Part shown: one piece after another, positions 46,611 through 55,225 of the stretch
How the letters are laid out: the number at the start of each line of letters is the position of its first letter
How positions within the stretch are numbered: position 1 is the stretch's first letter
Assembly (NCBI RefSeq): GCF_027011145.1
Contig: NZ_JALVAO010000068.1
Coordinates: forward strand, 43,797-107,796
From: Thermococcus sp.
Lineage (GTDB): Archaea > Methanobacteriota_B > Thermococci > Thermococcales > Thermococcaceae
DNA length: 64,000 nucleotides
Direction of reading: 5' to 3'
The notes under the pieces: generated by a model
Told to the model about the DNA's origin: nothing
Databases searched by the model: none
Seen by the model: only the letters and a program-made list of their open reading frames with translations
Position numbers and translations under genes: made by a program

Positions 46611-47774
46611 ATGTCGTTTGGTGACAAAGTTCAAAGCGCTTTCAAGGTGTCCCTGCCTTCGCTGATAGTCTCGTTAGTCATAGGTTTCTTCGGTGGGACA
46701 TTCCTCGGAAAGTACCTCGACAGAATAAGGCGCGATTACCCGGGACTGCTCGTTATCCTGCCGGGAATGATGGGCCTTAGGGGTAACGTCTTCAGCTCGA
46801 TGGCTTCGCGCTTTTCCACGATGCTTTACCTCGGTGAGCTGAAGCCCTCCGTTAAAGACAGGAAGGTTCTCGAAAACGTCGTCATAGCGATGCTCCTCTC
46901 CCTTATTCCGGTAACGCTCCTATGGGCGATTGGTGTAATCAGGGGCGTTCGTTATCACGCCATCGAGATTCTCTTCATAGTAATAGGCTCGACGATACTT
47001 GTTTCGCTAATCCTCGGCTACTTCACCGCTGGAATAACGATACTCGCTTTCAGGCGCGACGTTGACCCGGACAGCCTTGCAGCGCCGTTGGTCGCTTCGA
47101 TGGGTGACCTCCTCACTATTCCAACCCTCGTAGGGTTCATTCTCCTCCTTGAGAGAAACTCGATGGAGTTCTGGGCTTTGAACGGCTTTTCCGTTCTCAT
47201 GCTGTTTTTCCTTTTGGCATTTTCACGCGTCGGTCCCTCGAAGTTCAAGGAGTATAAGCAACTCTTCACGACGGTAACGGCCTTAGCGATGTTGAGCCTG
47301 GTTTCCGGCTTCACCTTAGAGCGCTTCAGCGGACTGATAGCTTCGAGCGTAATCCTTGGCTTCGCTTATCCCTCCATACTCAGCTCCTTTGGAAACTACG
47401 GCTCAATCATAGCCGCGAAGACCTCGACGAAGCTCAACCTTGGAGAAATTAGAGGATACCTTTCGAGGGAACCGTTTGAGGAAATTTTTGCACTGCTCCT
47501 CACAACCCCAATAATCGGGCTCTTCATAAACCTCTTTAGCCTTGCAATCGCCTACCTCCTCCTGAGGGAAGAGCCAAGGTTCGCTTTTGAACTCGCCTTA
47601 ACGTATCCGTTCATGGCACTCTTTATAATGCTCTACGCCTACTCAATCTCCTACGTTCTCTTCCAGCACAACATTGACCCCGACAGCGTCGCGATTCCGC
47701 TGATAGCGAACAACAGCGACATTTTCGGCACGATATACGTCGTGTTGATAGCTAAGATGATGGTGGGAGCATGA
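46611..47774 (+). CDS. MgtE/SLC41-type divalent cation transporter (two internal repeats)
   Basis: Two halves each carry D-PDS-A-PL...D (DVDPDSLAAPLVASMGDLLTIP and NIDPDSVAIPLIANNSDIFGTI). The gene is divergent from the PhoU/TrkA-C pair. Confidence 0.7.
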   Translation: MSFGDKVQSAFKVSLPSLIVSLVIGFFGGTFLGKYLDRIRRDYPGLLVILPGMMGLRGNVFSSMASRFSTMLYLGELKPSVKDRKVLENVVIAMLLSLIPVTLLWAIGVIRGVRYHAIEILFIVIGSTILVSLILGYFTAGITILAFRRDVDPDSLAAPLVASMGDLLTIPTLVGFILLLERNSMEFWALNGFSVLMLFFLLAFSRVGPSKFKEYKQLFTTVTALAMLSLVSGFTLERFSGLIASSVILGFAYPSILSSFGNYGSIIAAKTSTKLNLGEIRGYLSREPFEEIFALLLTTPIIGLFINLFSLAIAYLLLREEPRFAFELALTYPFMALFIMLYAYSISYVLFQHNIDPDSVAIPLIANNSDIFGTIYVVLIAKMMVGA

Positions 47775-48544
47775 TTGGGCTTTCGATGACGTCTTACAGG
47801 GGTAGAACTCTTAGGGAGTTCGAGGACTGGCTGGAACGGGTGGAGGAACTCGGCTTCGACTTCGTTGAGCTGGTGAGTGAGTGGCCCAACTTCCTCACAA
47901 GGGAAACGTGGAAGACCTACGCCGACGTTCTCGGGAGCTTTGACATAGGAGTTACCGTCCACGCGCCCTTCAGCGACGTTAACGTGGGCTCTCTCAACGA
48001 AAAAATAAGGCGAGCTTCCCTCGAAGTCCTCAGGGAAACCCTCGACGTTGCCTCCAACCTAAATGCCCTCGTGGTTACGGTTCACCCCGGCCACTGCTCT
48101 CCCGCGAGCAGAAGGTTCCACGGAGACTACAACAGGGTTCATAAAAGCTCCCTCCGCGAGCTTGAGAGGTATTCAAGCGAGTTCGGGGTTCCAGTAGGGG
48201 TTGAGAACATGCCGAGCTTTCCAATCCTCGATGCTCAGATGCCGGAGAGACTGGCAGAGCTTTTGGAGGAAACTGACTTGGGCGTTACTTTTGACATAGG
48301 ACATCTCAACACCGTCGGTTTTCCCTTTGAGAGGTTCTTGGAACTGCTCGGGAAAAGAATTGTCCACGTACATCTCCACGACAACTCCGGTGAGAGCGAC
48401 GAGCACCTGCCTCTTGGAAATGGAACGATTCCGTGGAAGAAAGTTTTGCCCTGGCTGAGGGATTTCACGTGGGCCCTCGAGGTTACAGGCATTGAGGACG
48501 CCCGGGTGAGTCTGGGCTTTTTAAGGGCCATTGATGAGCTTTGA
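47771..48544 (+). CDS. Sugar phosphate isomerase/epimerase (xylose isomerase-like TIM barrel)
   Basis: VTVHAP, VVTVHPG, VENM and HVHLHDN metal-ligand contexts. ATGA overlap with the transporter gene. Confidence 0.75.
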   Translation: MIGLSMTSYRGRTLREFEDWLERVEELGFDFVELVSEWPNFLTRETWKTYADVLGSFDIGVTVHAPFSDVNVGSLNEKIRRASLEVLRETLDVASNLNALVVTVHPGHCSPASRRFHGDYNRVHKSSLRELERYSSEFGVPVGVENMPSFPILDAQMPERLAELLEETDLGVTFDIGHLNTVGFPFERFLELLGKRIVHVHLHDNSGESDEHLPLGNGTIPWKKVLPWLRDFTWALEVTGIEDARVSLGFLRAIDEL

Positions 48545-48631
48545 AGTTCATTGAGGTTCACTTTTACAAAACGCAACCCTTTTATACATGCCCACCGAAA
48601 AAACTCCCGGAGAACTTCTGGGGGGAAGCGC

Positions 48632-50056
48632 ATGGCGGAGAAGATAGTTGAGGAGCTCAGGCCCTTCTTCGATCCGAAGGCGGTCGCTATCATCGGTGCA
48701 ACCAACAAAAAGGGAAAAGTGGGAAACGTCATCTTTGAGAACTTTAAATCCAACAAGGAGCGCGGGATTTTCAAGGGAAACATCTATCCCGTGAACCCCA
48801 AGCTCGACGAGATTGATGGCTACAAGGTCTATCACAGTGTTGAAGAGCTCCCCGATGACACTGATTTGGCTGTAATCTCGATTCCCGCTCCCTTCGTTCC
48901 GGACACCATGAGACAGATAGCCAAGAAGGGCATTAAAGCCGTCATAATCATCACCGGTGGTTTTGGAGAGCTCGGCGAGGAGGGCAAGAAGCTCGAACGC
49001 GAAATCTACGAAATAGCGAAGGCCCACGGCATCAGGATAATTGGCCCCAACTGTGTCGGCGTTTACGTTCCAGATACGGGCGTTGACACCGTCTTCCTGC
49101 CTGAGGAGAAGATGGACAGGCCCAAGAGCGGGCCGATTGCCTTCGTCAGCCAGAGCGGTGCCTTTGCCGCTGCGATGCTCGACTGGGCCGCTGGAGCGGG
49201 CATAGGAATCGGCAAGATGGTCAGCTACGGCAACAAGCTCGACGTTGACGATGCCGATTTGATGGACTACTTCATCCACGACGATGAGATAAAGGTCGTC
49301 ACCTTCTACATCGAGGGCGTTAAGGACGGAAGGAAGTTCATGGAGAGCGCTAAGAGAATAACAAAAGTCAAGCCTGTCATCGCTTTGAAGAGCGGAAGAA
49401 CTGAATACGGTGCTAAAGCTGCGTCAAGCCACACCGGCTCATTAGCGGGAGCGGACGCAATTTACGACGCGGTCTTCAAGCAGACCGGAATAATCAGGGC
49501 CGAAGACTTCGAGCACATGTTCGACCTGGCCAAGGCCTTTGCGGAACTCGTTCACAAGCTCCCGAAGGGAGACAGGATAGGCATAATCACCGACGGCGGT
49601 GGCGCTGGAGTCATGGCGAGCGATGCCGTTGCCAAATTCGGTCTCAAGATGGCCGAGCTGAGCGAGGAAACCAAGAAGTTCCTCAGGGAGAGGTTCCCGC
49701 CACATGCCGTTGTCGGCAACCCGACGGATGTTGTAGGAGACACCGACGCCGAGCGCTATAGAATAGCCCTCGAGGCATTCACAAAGGACCCGAACGTCGA
49801 TGCGATAGTGGTTATTGTCCTCTTCCAGGTGCCCCTCCTTGAGGAGGAGAAGGTCATAGAGATAATAGCCGACTACCAGAAGAAGAGCGACAAGCCGATT
49901 GTGGCCGTTGCCATGGGTGGAAGGAAGACCGACCGCTACGCGAGAATGCTTGAGGAGAGGGGCGTTCCCGTTTATCCGACCCCCGAAAGGGGCGTTCGCG
50001 CCCTAGCCGGTCTCGTCAGGTATGCTCAGTATCTGAAAAAAGTTAAAGGAGACTGA
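48632..50056 (+). CDS. acdA: Acetyl-CoA synthetase (ADP-forming, NDP-forming acyl-CoA synthetase) alpha subunit
   Basis: ORF trimmed to MAEKIVEELRPFFDPKAVAIIGATNKKGKVG (CoA-binding). Phosphohistidine loop SSHTGSLAG. Confidence 0.85.
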   Translation: MAEKIVEELRPFFDPKAVAIIGATNKKGKVGNVIFENFKSNKERGIFKGNIYPVNPKLDEIDGYKVYHSVEELPDDTDLAVISIPAPFVPDTMRQIAKKGIKAVIIITGGFGELGEEGKKLEREIYEIAKAHGIRIIGPNCVGVYVPDTGVDTVFLPEEKMDRPKSGPIAFVSQSGAFAAAMLDWAAGAGIGIGKMVSYGNKLDVDDADLMDYFIHDDEIKVVTFYIEGVKDGRKFMESAKRITKVKPVIALKSGRTEYGAKAASSHTGSLAGADAIYDAVFKQTGIIRAEDFEHMFDLAKAFAELVHKLPKGDRIGIITDGGGAGVMASDAVAKFGLKMAELSEETKKFLRERFPPHAVVGNPTDVVGDTDAERYRIALEAFTKDPNVDAIVVIVLFQVPLLEEEKVIEIIADYQKKSDKPIVAVAMGGRKTDRYARMLEERGVPVYPTPERGVRALAGLVRYAQYLKKVKGD

Positions 50057-50072
50057 AGCGGGTGGTGGTATT

Positions 50073-50834
50073 ATGAAGGAGGAGGCGCTCAAAGTTATTG
50101 AGTCCGTACTGTCCCAGGGCAGGACCGCTATGGTTGAGTACGAGGCCAAGCAGGTTTTAAAAGCTTACGGCCTCCCCGTGCCTGAGGAGAAGCTTGCCAA
50201 GACCCTCGATGAGGCCCTCAAGTACGCGGAGGAGATAGGCTACCCCGTTGCCCTGAAACTCATGTCACCCCAGATACTCCACAAGAGCGACGCGAAGGTT
50301 GTCATGCTGAACATAAAAACCCCCGAGGAGCTCAAGCAGAAATGGGAGGAAATACACGAGAACGCGCGCAGATATCGCCCTGATGCAGAAATCCTCGGCG
50401 TTCTGGTTGCCCCGATGCTGAGACCGGGCAGGGAGGTAATCATCGGCGTTACCGAAGACCCGCAGTTCGGTCATGCGATAATGTTCGGCCTCGGTGGAAT
50501 CTTCGTGGAGGTTCTCAAGGACGTTACCTTCAGGATAATACCCATAACGGAGCGCGATGCAAGGAAGATGATAACCGAGATAAAGAGCTACCCGATTTTA
50601 GCGGGAGCGCGCGGTGAAGAACCAGCTGACATTGATGCCATAGTCGACCTCCTCCTCAAGGTCAGCCAGCTCGTTGACGAGCTCAGGGACTACATTAAGG
50701 AAATGGACCTCAACCCCGTCTTTGTCTACGAGAAGGGTAAGGGTGCTGTTATAGTTGACGCAAGAATTATACTCAAGGAGCCGAAAGAAGAGAAGCCGGA
50801 GATAAGTTCCGAATACAGGGAGAGGTGCGCCTAA
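50073..50834 (+). CDS. acdB: Acetyl-CoA synthetase (ADP-forming) beta subunit (ATP-grasp)
   Basis: EYEAKQVLKAYGLPVP, IGYPVALKLMSPQILHKSD and a C-terminal DLNPVF. GGTGGTGG before the ATG. Confidence 0.85.
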   Translation: MKEEALKVIESVLSQGRTAMVEYEAKQVLKAYGLPVPEEKLAKTLDEALKYAEEIGYPVALKLMSPQILHKSDAKVVMLNIKTPEELKQKWEEIHENARRYRPDAEILGVLVAPMLRPGREVIIGVTEDPQFGHAIMFGLGGIFVEVLKDVTFRIIPITERDARKMITEIKSYPILAGARGEEPADIDAIVDLLLKVSQLVDELRDYIKEMDLNPVFVYEKGKGAVIVDARIILKEPKEEKPEISSEYRERCA

Positions 50835-51184
50835 TCGCCCTCCGCTTTTTCCCTTTCCTCTGCCTCTTTTTCCTGCTTATAAACCATCTCGATGTAGCTT
50901 AGAATGTCGTGCATTATGAAGAAGCTTATAATTACGTCGACGGCAGAGTAGATGTTCCCCGAGATTAGGTAGAAGATTGCGATAAAGAGGTTAATCGCGA
51001 TGTAGATAAGGGCGACCTTTATTGCGGTTCTGTTTTCAACTCCAACGCCGTAGGCCAGAATGAGGTTCAGCAGGCCGAAAAAGAGGTAAATGAGTGAACC
51101 CCAATAGTAGGCGTAGCCAAGGAGGAGTATCCCGTTTATTGTGAGCAGATACGTGGCGAGCTTCGGCGGTTTGAGGTTGAGCAT
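50831..51184 (-). CDS. Small membrane protein (hypothetical)
   Basis: 117 aa, 3-4 TM helices, CTTTAAAG about 25 nt upstream of the ATG. Confidence 0.45.
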   Translation of the reverse strand: MLNLKPPKLATYLLTINGILLLGYAYYWGSLIYLFFGLLNLILAYGVGVENRTAIKVALIYIAINLFIAIFYLISGNIYSAVDVIISFFIMHDILSYIEMVYKQEKEAEEREKAEGD

Positions 51185-51205
51185 GGAAAAAGTTGGGAAG
51201 AGACT

Positions 51206-52077
51206 TTAAAGGCCTTCTGGTCCCTCAAAAAACTCAACGTACTTGAAGCCGTCGTCAGGGAAAATCAGCACGGTGGTTTCTTCTGGCGTTAACTCCTTCA
51301 TTGCCCAGTAAACTGCCCCGGAGCTCAGGCCGACTAGGATTCCGTTGAGCCTCGCCACCTCCCTGACGCCTTTTATAGCTTCTTCAAGCGTTACCTCGAC
51401 GATTTCATCGACGTATTTTATCCACTTCTACCCTGTCTCAGGCCTCTTTATCCCGGGGATTTTCTCTCCTCTGGCCGGAACAACGCCGATGACTTCTGTT
51501 CCATAGCGCTCCTTGAGATAGCTTCCAATCCCTGCCACGTGGCCCGAGGTTCCAATTCCTGCTATCAAAAGCTCCGGCCTCTTCCCCACGCTTTCAAGTT
51601 GTCCCGCTATCTCCTTTCCAGTTTCCCTGTGGGCCAGGAAGTTGTTTTCGTTCTCGTACTGGTTCAGATTGATGGCTCCGCTTTTTCTGGCTTCCTCCTT
51701 GACGAACTCAACCATCTCCTGACTTATCGTTTCAAAGTCCGTTAGAACGACCTCGGCTCCGAGAACGCTGAGGAGGACCCTGGTTGCCTTTGGAGTTGGC
51801 TTCGGCAGGTATGCCCTGAACCTTATCCCGAGAACGTTGCCCAGTGAGGCCAGTGCAATTGCCGTGTTGCCCGAACTCGCTTCAAAAACGCTCTCAAAGC
51901 TTTCACTTTCAAGGGCCGAGAAAAGTAGTCTATAGGCGGTTCTGTCCTTTATGCTCCTGCTGAAGGGGTTAAAGAACTCCAGCTTGGCAAAAGACATTCC
52001 CCCCTCGTTTTCAGCCTGAGGAGGGGCGTCGGCTTGTACTTCTCAAACATCTCAAGGCTGTTCTCGAACACGTTCAT
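51206..52077 (-). pseudogene. PLP-dependent cysteine synthase-like gene (CysK/CysM family) with a frameshift and an in-frame TAG
   Basis: ATG 52077 gives MNVFENSLEMFEKYKPTPLLRL. The frame shifts near 52005-52016 (A4/G6 runs) into ENEGGMSFAKLEFFNPFSRSIKDR...SSGNTAIALA...GTSGH...IKRPETG. An in-frame TAG follows at 51428-51430, and the same frame continues KWIKYVDEIVEV...GLSSGAVYWA...FPDDGFKY to a TAA at 51206. Confidence 0.6.
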
Positions 52078-52170
52078 TGCCTTCACCGGTCGTGCTTTTG
52101 GTGAAGGCCTTAAAAACATTCCTAAAACGTTCGGTTATGGGCAAAAATGTGTACTCAAATGCCGGTCTTT

Positions 52171-52746
52171 CTAAATAACCTGCCGAAGGATTTTCATGAA
52201 CTCTTTGGGGGAGCCCCTGACTATCGGGTATTTCGGGGTGAAGGGACAGGGAGGCTCTTTGCGGGAGCTTACCTCGAAGGTGCCGATTTTCTTTGCTATG
52301 CTCACTATCTCCTCCTTATCCATGCCTATAAGGGGCCTTAGGAGGGGTAAATCGCTTGCGGAGCTAATTATCAGGAGGTTGTCAAGGGTTTGAGATGCAA
52401 CCTGCCCGAGGGAATCGCCGGTGATTATAGCCCTGGCACCGACCCCATGTCCAATCCTGCAGGCTCTTCTAATCATCAGCCATTTGCAGAGCACGCACGT
52501 CCACCGCTCTTTTCCCAGCTCTTTCAGCCTCTTAAAGGCCGGAACGTGCTCCTCCGCGAAATCCACTATGATTGGTTCGCCGAGGTTTCCATACTTCCTG
52601 AGAATCTCCCACAGCTCAAGGACCTTCTCCTCCTTGGCGGAGTCCTGCCTGAAATGAACCGGGATAACATCAATTCCCTTCCTGAGCATAAGATAAACCG
52701 CGACAGGTGAATCTATGCCCGAGCTGAGTAATGCAACGGCTTTCAT
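52171..52746 (-). CDS. Stand-alone ThiI-like PP-loop ATPase domain (no THUMP/ferredoxin-like N-terminus)
   Basis: 191 aa starting directly at the PP-loop (KAVALLSSGIDSP). Contains CVLC (CxxC) and GDSLGQVASQT. RPLIGMDKEEIVSIAKKIGTFE is identical to the full-length ThiI at 54080..55222. Confidence 0.75.
   Translation of the reverse strand: MKAVALLSSGIDSPVAVYLMLRKGIDVIPVHFRQDSAKEEKVLELWEILRKYGNLGEPIIVDFAEEHVPAFKRLKELGKERWTCVLCKWLMIRRACRIGHGVGARAIITGDSLGQVASQTLDNLLIISSASDLPLLRPLIGMDKEEIVSIAKKIGTFEVSSRKEPPCPFTPKYPIVRGSPKEFMKILRQVI
52277..52338. repeat. 62-nt segment near-identical (1 mismatch) to 54213..54274
   Basis: aaggtgccgattttctttgctatgctcactatctcctcctt[a/g]tccatgcctataaggggcct, read directly in both thiI-type genes. 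Confidence 0.85.
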
Positions 52747-52787
52747 GCGAAAAAATTGGAAATGGTTTTTATGAGGTTTTCTTCAAC

Positions 52788-53336
52788 TCAGGGTTTCAAA
52801 CCTTTAAGGAGAAGACCAAGATAGACGAACCAGGCAAGGATAAAAAACGCTCCTATAAGCTCAGGGATTGCCAGCCCCTTGAACACTCTGGCCTTAATCA
52901 GGTAGAGCATCGTTGTGAACACAACGACCGAACCGGCCGTCCAGAGGTAGTTGAGTGGACTGGTTCTTCCGAGCTTTATTCCGATTATCGCTATGTCCGT
53001 TAGAGCCAGAACGTAAAAGAGGACCGCCGATGGAGCGTGATAAGGAAGCTCCTTGGGAAAGACGCCAACGAGGAATAGAAAGACCATCGCAAGGGGCATG
53101 AGGTAGGAAAGCCCGTTCCTGAAGGCAACCAGAGATGGTATCATGGCTATCGTCGCAAAGAACATGAGGAAACCGTTGAAGAACCAGCGGTTCGGGTTTT
53201 TGAGGGAGCCCATGTCGCTCAGCGCGTTGTCAGTGAAGGAGAACCAGGGATTGAAGTGGATAACCAGAACTAGGCCAATAAGGAAAATAACGGGCATCGA
53301 TAGCGCTATGTATGATGCGAGGCGTGTAAGGGTCAT
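52788..53336 (-). CDS. Polytopic membrane protein (hypothetical)
   Basis: 182 aa, about 6 TM helices. 4-nt overlap with the upstream vapC. Confidence 0.5.
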   Translation of the reverse strand: MTLTRLASYIALSMPVIFLIGLVLVIHFNPWFSFTDNALSDMGSLKNPNRWFFNGFLMFFATIAMIPSLVAFRNGLSYLMPLAMVFLFLVGVFPKELPYHAPSAVLFYVLALTDIAIIGIKLGRTSPLNYLWTAGSVVVFTTMLYLIKARVFKGLAIPELIGAFFILAWFVYLGLLLKGLKP

Positions 53337-53776
53337 TTTAATCCCTCAGCTGGGGGTAGCATTATAAACCCTGCAATTGCAAAGTCCCTGTCGAAGGTAA
53401 AGACTTTTTTGATTCCAAGCCGCTTCATAATTGAGAAACTCAAACAGTCGAACATATCAATACCGTTTTTGTCTTGATACTTTTCAAAACATTCCCATGC
53501 GGTGTTCCAGTCATCGTCGCTTTCCTTCACTATCTCTACAAATTTGCTCGTTAAGAGTTTCTCTTTCATCACGATAGCTTTTCTTTTTCCAACTCTCTTT
53601 GAAGCACCGCTGAGGAATTCCAAAAGCACCGGTCTCCCAATGATGAACCAGTTCCCTTCGAGGGCCATTTCCTTGAAGAAAGATTTGGCGACCTTATGAT
53701 TCTTGTCCTTGGGATTAAAAAATGCAATCAAAGCACTTGTGTCCATGTATATTTTTTCGCTCACTCGCTTTGCCAT
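53333..53776 (-). CDS. vapC: PIN-domain toxin VapC
   Basis: IYMDTSALIAFF (first acidic residue), FDCLSF and FTFDRDF. 147 aa. Confidence 0.8.
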   Translation of the reverse strand: MAKRVSEKIYMDTSALIAFFNPKDKNHKVAKSFFKEMALEGNWFIIGRPVLLEFLSGASKRVGKRKAIVMKEKLLTSKFVEIVKESDDDWNTAWECFEKYQDKNGIDMFDCLSFSIMKRLGIKKVFTFDRDFAIAGFIMLPPAEGLK

Positions 53777-54021
53777 TCTGGGACACCCCAGTCGTCCCTC
53801 TCACTGGCATTTTCATCAGCTATGTCGAGGAGCCCAACTGCCTCCCATATAGGGTCGTTTTCAACTTCTTCAAGAAGTTTTTTCTTCTTTTTTTCTGCAT
53901 AGTCCCGGAGTATTTCTCTGAGGACTTCTTTAAGGGACTTTTTTTCAATGCTAGCCACTGCCTTTAGGGTTTTGTAGACATCCATCTCAACCTCTGTCTG
54001 AACGACTTTTGTCTCTGACAT
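53761..54021 (-). CDS. vapB: Putative antitoxin VapB
   Basis: 86 aa, acidic C-terminus. Overlaps the vapC start by 16 nt and lies upstream on the same strand. Confidence 0.55.
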   Translation of the reverse strand: MSETKVVQTEVEMDVYKTLKAVASIEKKSLKEVLREILRDYAEKKKKKLLEEVENDPIWEAVGLLDIADENASERDDWGVPEWQSE

Positions 54022-54079
54022 GTTTGCTCACCTATCTCTCTTATTGAATGTAATTCTAAATATGCTTTTTGTTAGATGT

Positions 54080-55222
54080 CTAGCACTCCCTCTTTTTCGG
54101 CTCTTCCCCAAAGATTTCCCTATAAATCTTCCGGAACTCCTCCCAGGAACCCCTTATTATCGGGTGCTTTGGAATGAAGGGTATTTCATCTTCCGGCAGT
54201 GTTGAGAGCTCAAAGGTGCCGATTTTCTTTGCTATGCTCACTATCTCCTCCTTGTCCATGCCTATAAGGGGCCTGTAAATCGGCAAATCGCTCGCCTGAC
54301 TGACGATGTACATGTTCTCGAGCGTTTGGCTTGCCACCTGCCCGAGGGAATCGCCCATGACGATGCCCTTAGCACCGAATTCCTTGGCTATTCTGTCGGC
54401 GTGTTTGACCATCATGAACTTGCACATCACACAGGTGTATTTGTCCTTCTTCATCTCCTTAAGCTTCCGAACGATTTTTTCGCGTTCCTGTGGCTTTACG
54501 ACTATCAGCTCGGCCTTTCCACCGTAGTGGTACTTCTTGAGCTGGTTCCATATCTTCCTGACCTTTTCGAGGGTTTTCTCCCCCATGTAGATGTGGACTG
54601 GAATCACCTCGACGCCACGCTTCATCATGAGGAAAGCCGCGACCGGTGAGTCTATGCCACCGCTGAGTAAAGCCACGACCTTTCCTTGCGTCCCTATAGG
54701 CAGACCGCCCCATGCCCTGATTTTGTCAACGAAGACGTACGCTTTGCCCTCCATCAGCTCAACGCCGACCTCTATGTCGTAGTTATGAAGATTGACCTCG
54801 CTCTCCTCGTTTTCAAGAATGTACTCCCCAACCTTCGCCTGAATCTCCGGACTTTTCAGCGGAAATTCCTTGGTTATTCTCCTCGCGGTAACGCGGAAAC
54901 GGGGCCTCTCAAGGTTCAGCTCGCGCTTCTTCCTCCTGAAGAGCTTTAGGGCTGTCTTGTTGATTTTTTCCATGTTTGCTTCAACTTCCATGGCAGGGGA
55001 GAGGGAAACTATTCCGAAAACGCGCGTGAGGACGTCTACAGCCTCCTTGGCCCTGTTCGTCCTTACTAAAACGCGACCGTGCTTGGCCTCAACTTTTTTG
55101 AATTCAATCCCCTCGCTTACCAACGCTTCGCGTATGTTGTTCATGAGGATGTTCTCAAACCATCTCCTCGTCTGCCTCGACTTCGTTCCTATCTCACCGT
55201 ACCTAACGATGACAACGTTCAT
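54080..55222 (-). CDS. thiI: tRNA 4-thiouridine sulfurtransferase ThiI (THUMP plus PP-loop)
   Basis: 380 aa with an N-terminal ferredoxin-like/THUMP region (MNVVIVRYGEIGTKSRQTRRWFE), PP-loop SGGIDSP, CVMC and GDSLGQVASQT. Confidence 0.9.
   Translation of the reverse strand: MNVVIVRYGEIGTKSRQTRRWFENILMNNIREALVSEGIEFKKVEAKHGRVLVRTNRAKEAVDVLTRVFGIVSLSPAMEVEANMEKINKTALKLFRRKKRELNLERPRFRVTARRITKEFPLKSPEIQAKVGEYILENEESEVNLHNYDIEVGVELMEGKAYVFVDKIRAWGGLPIGTQGKVVALLSGGIDSPVAAFLMMKRGVEVIPVHIYMGEKTLEKVRKIWNQLKKYHYGGKAELIVVKPQEREKIVRKLKEMKKDKYTCVMCKFMMVKHADRIAKEFGAKGIVMGDSLGQVASQTLENMYIVSQASDLPIYRPLIGMDKEEIVSIAKKIGTFELSTLPEDEIPFIPKHPIIRGSWEEFRKIYREIFGEEPKKREC
54213..54274. repeat. 62-nt segment near-identical to 52277..52338
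   Basis: See the partner repeat. The flanking DNA in both genes is much more diverged. Confidence 0.85.
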
Positions 55223-55225
55223 GGC

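Noticed and set aside
48548-49279. 243-aa - strand ORF overlapping the acetyl-CoA synthetase alpha gene. Similar cases: 62815..63573 (over the M42 peptidase), 56343..57041 (over the racemase), 40023..40655 (over pgk), 35334..35822 (over the mutase), and the 37347-39319 + strand ORFs (over the Mrr-like gene).
   Set aside because: All are antisense shadows of genes with clear family motifs. None has a recognisable domain or a plausible start context.
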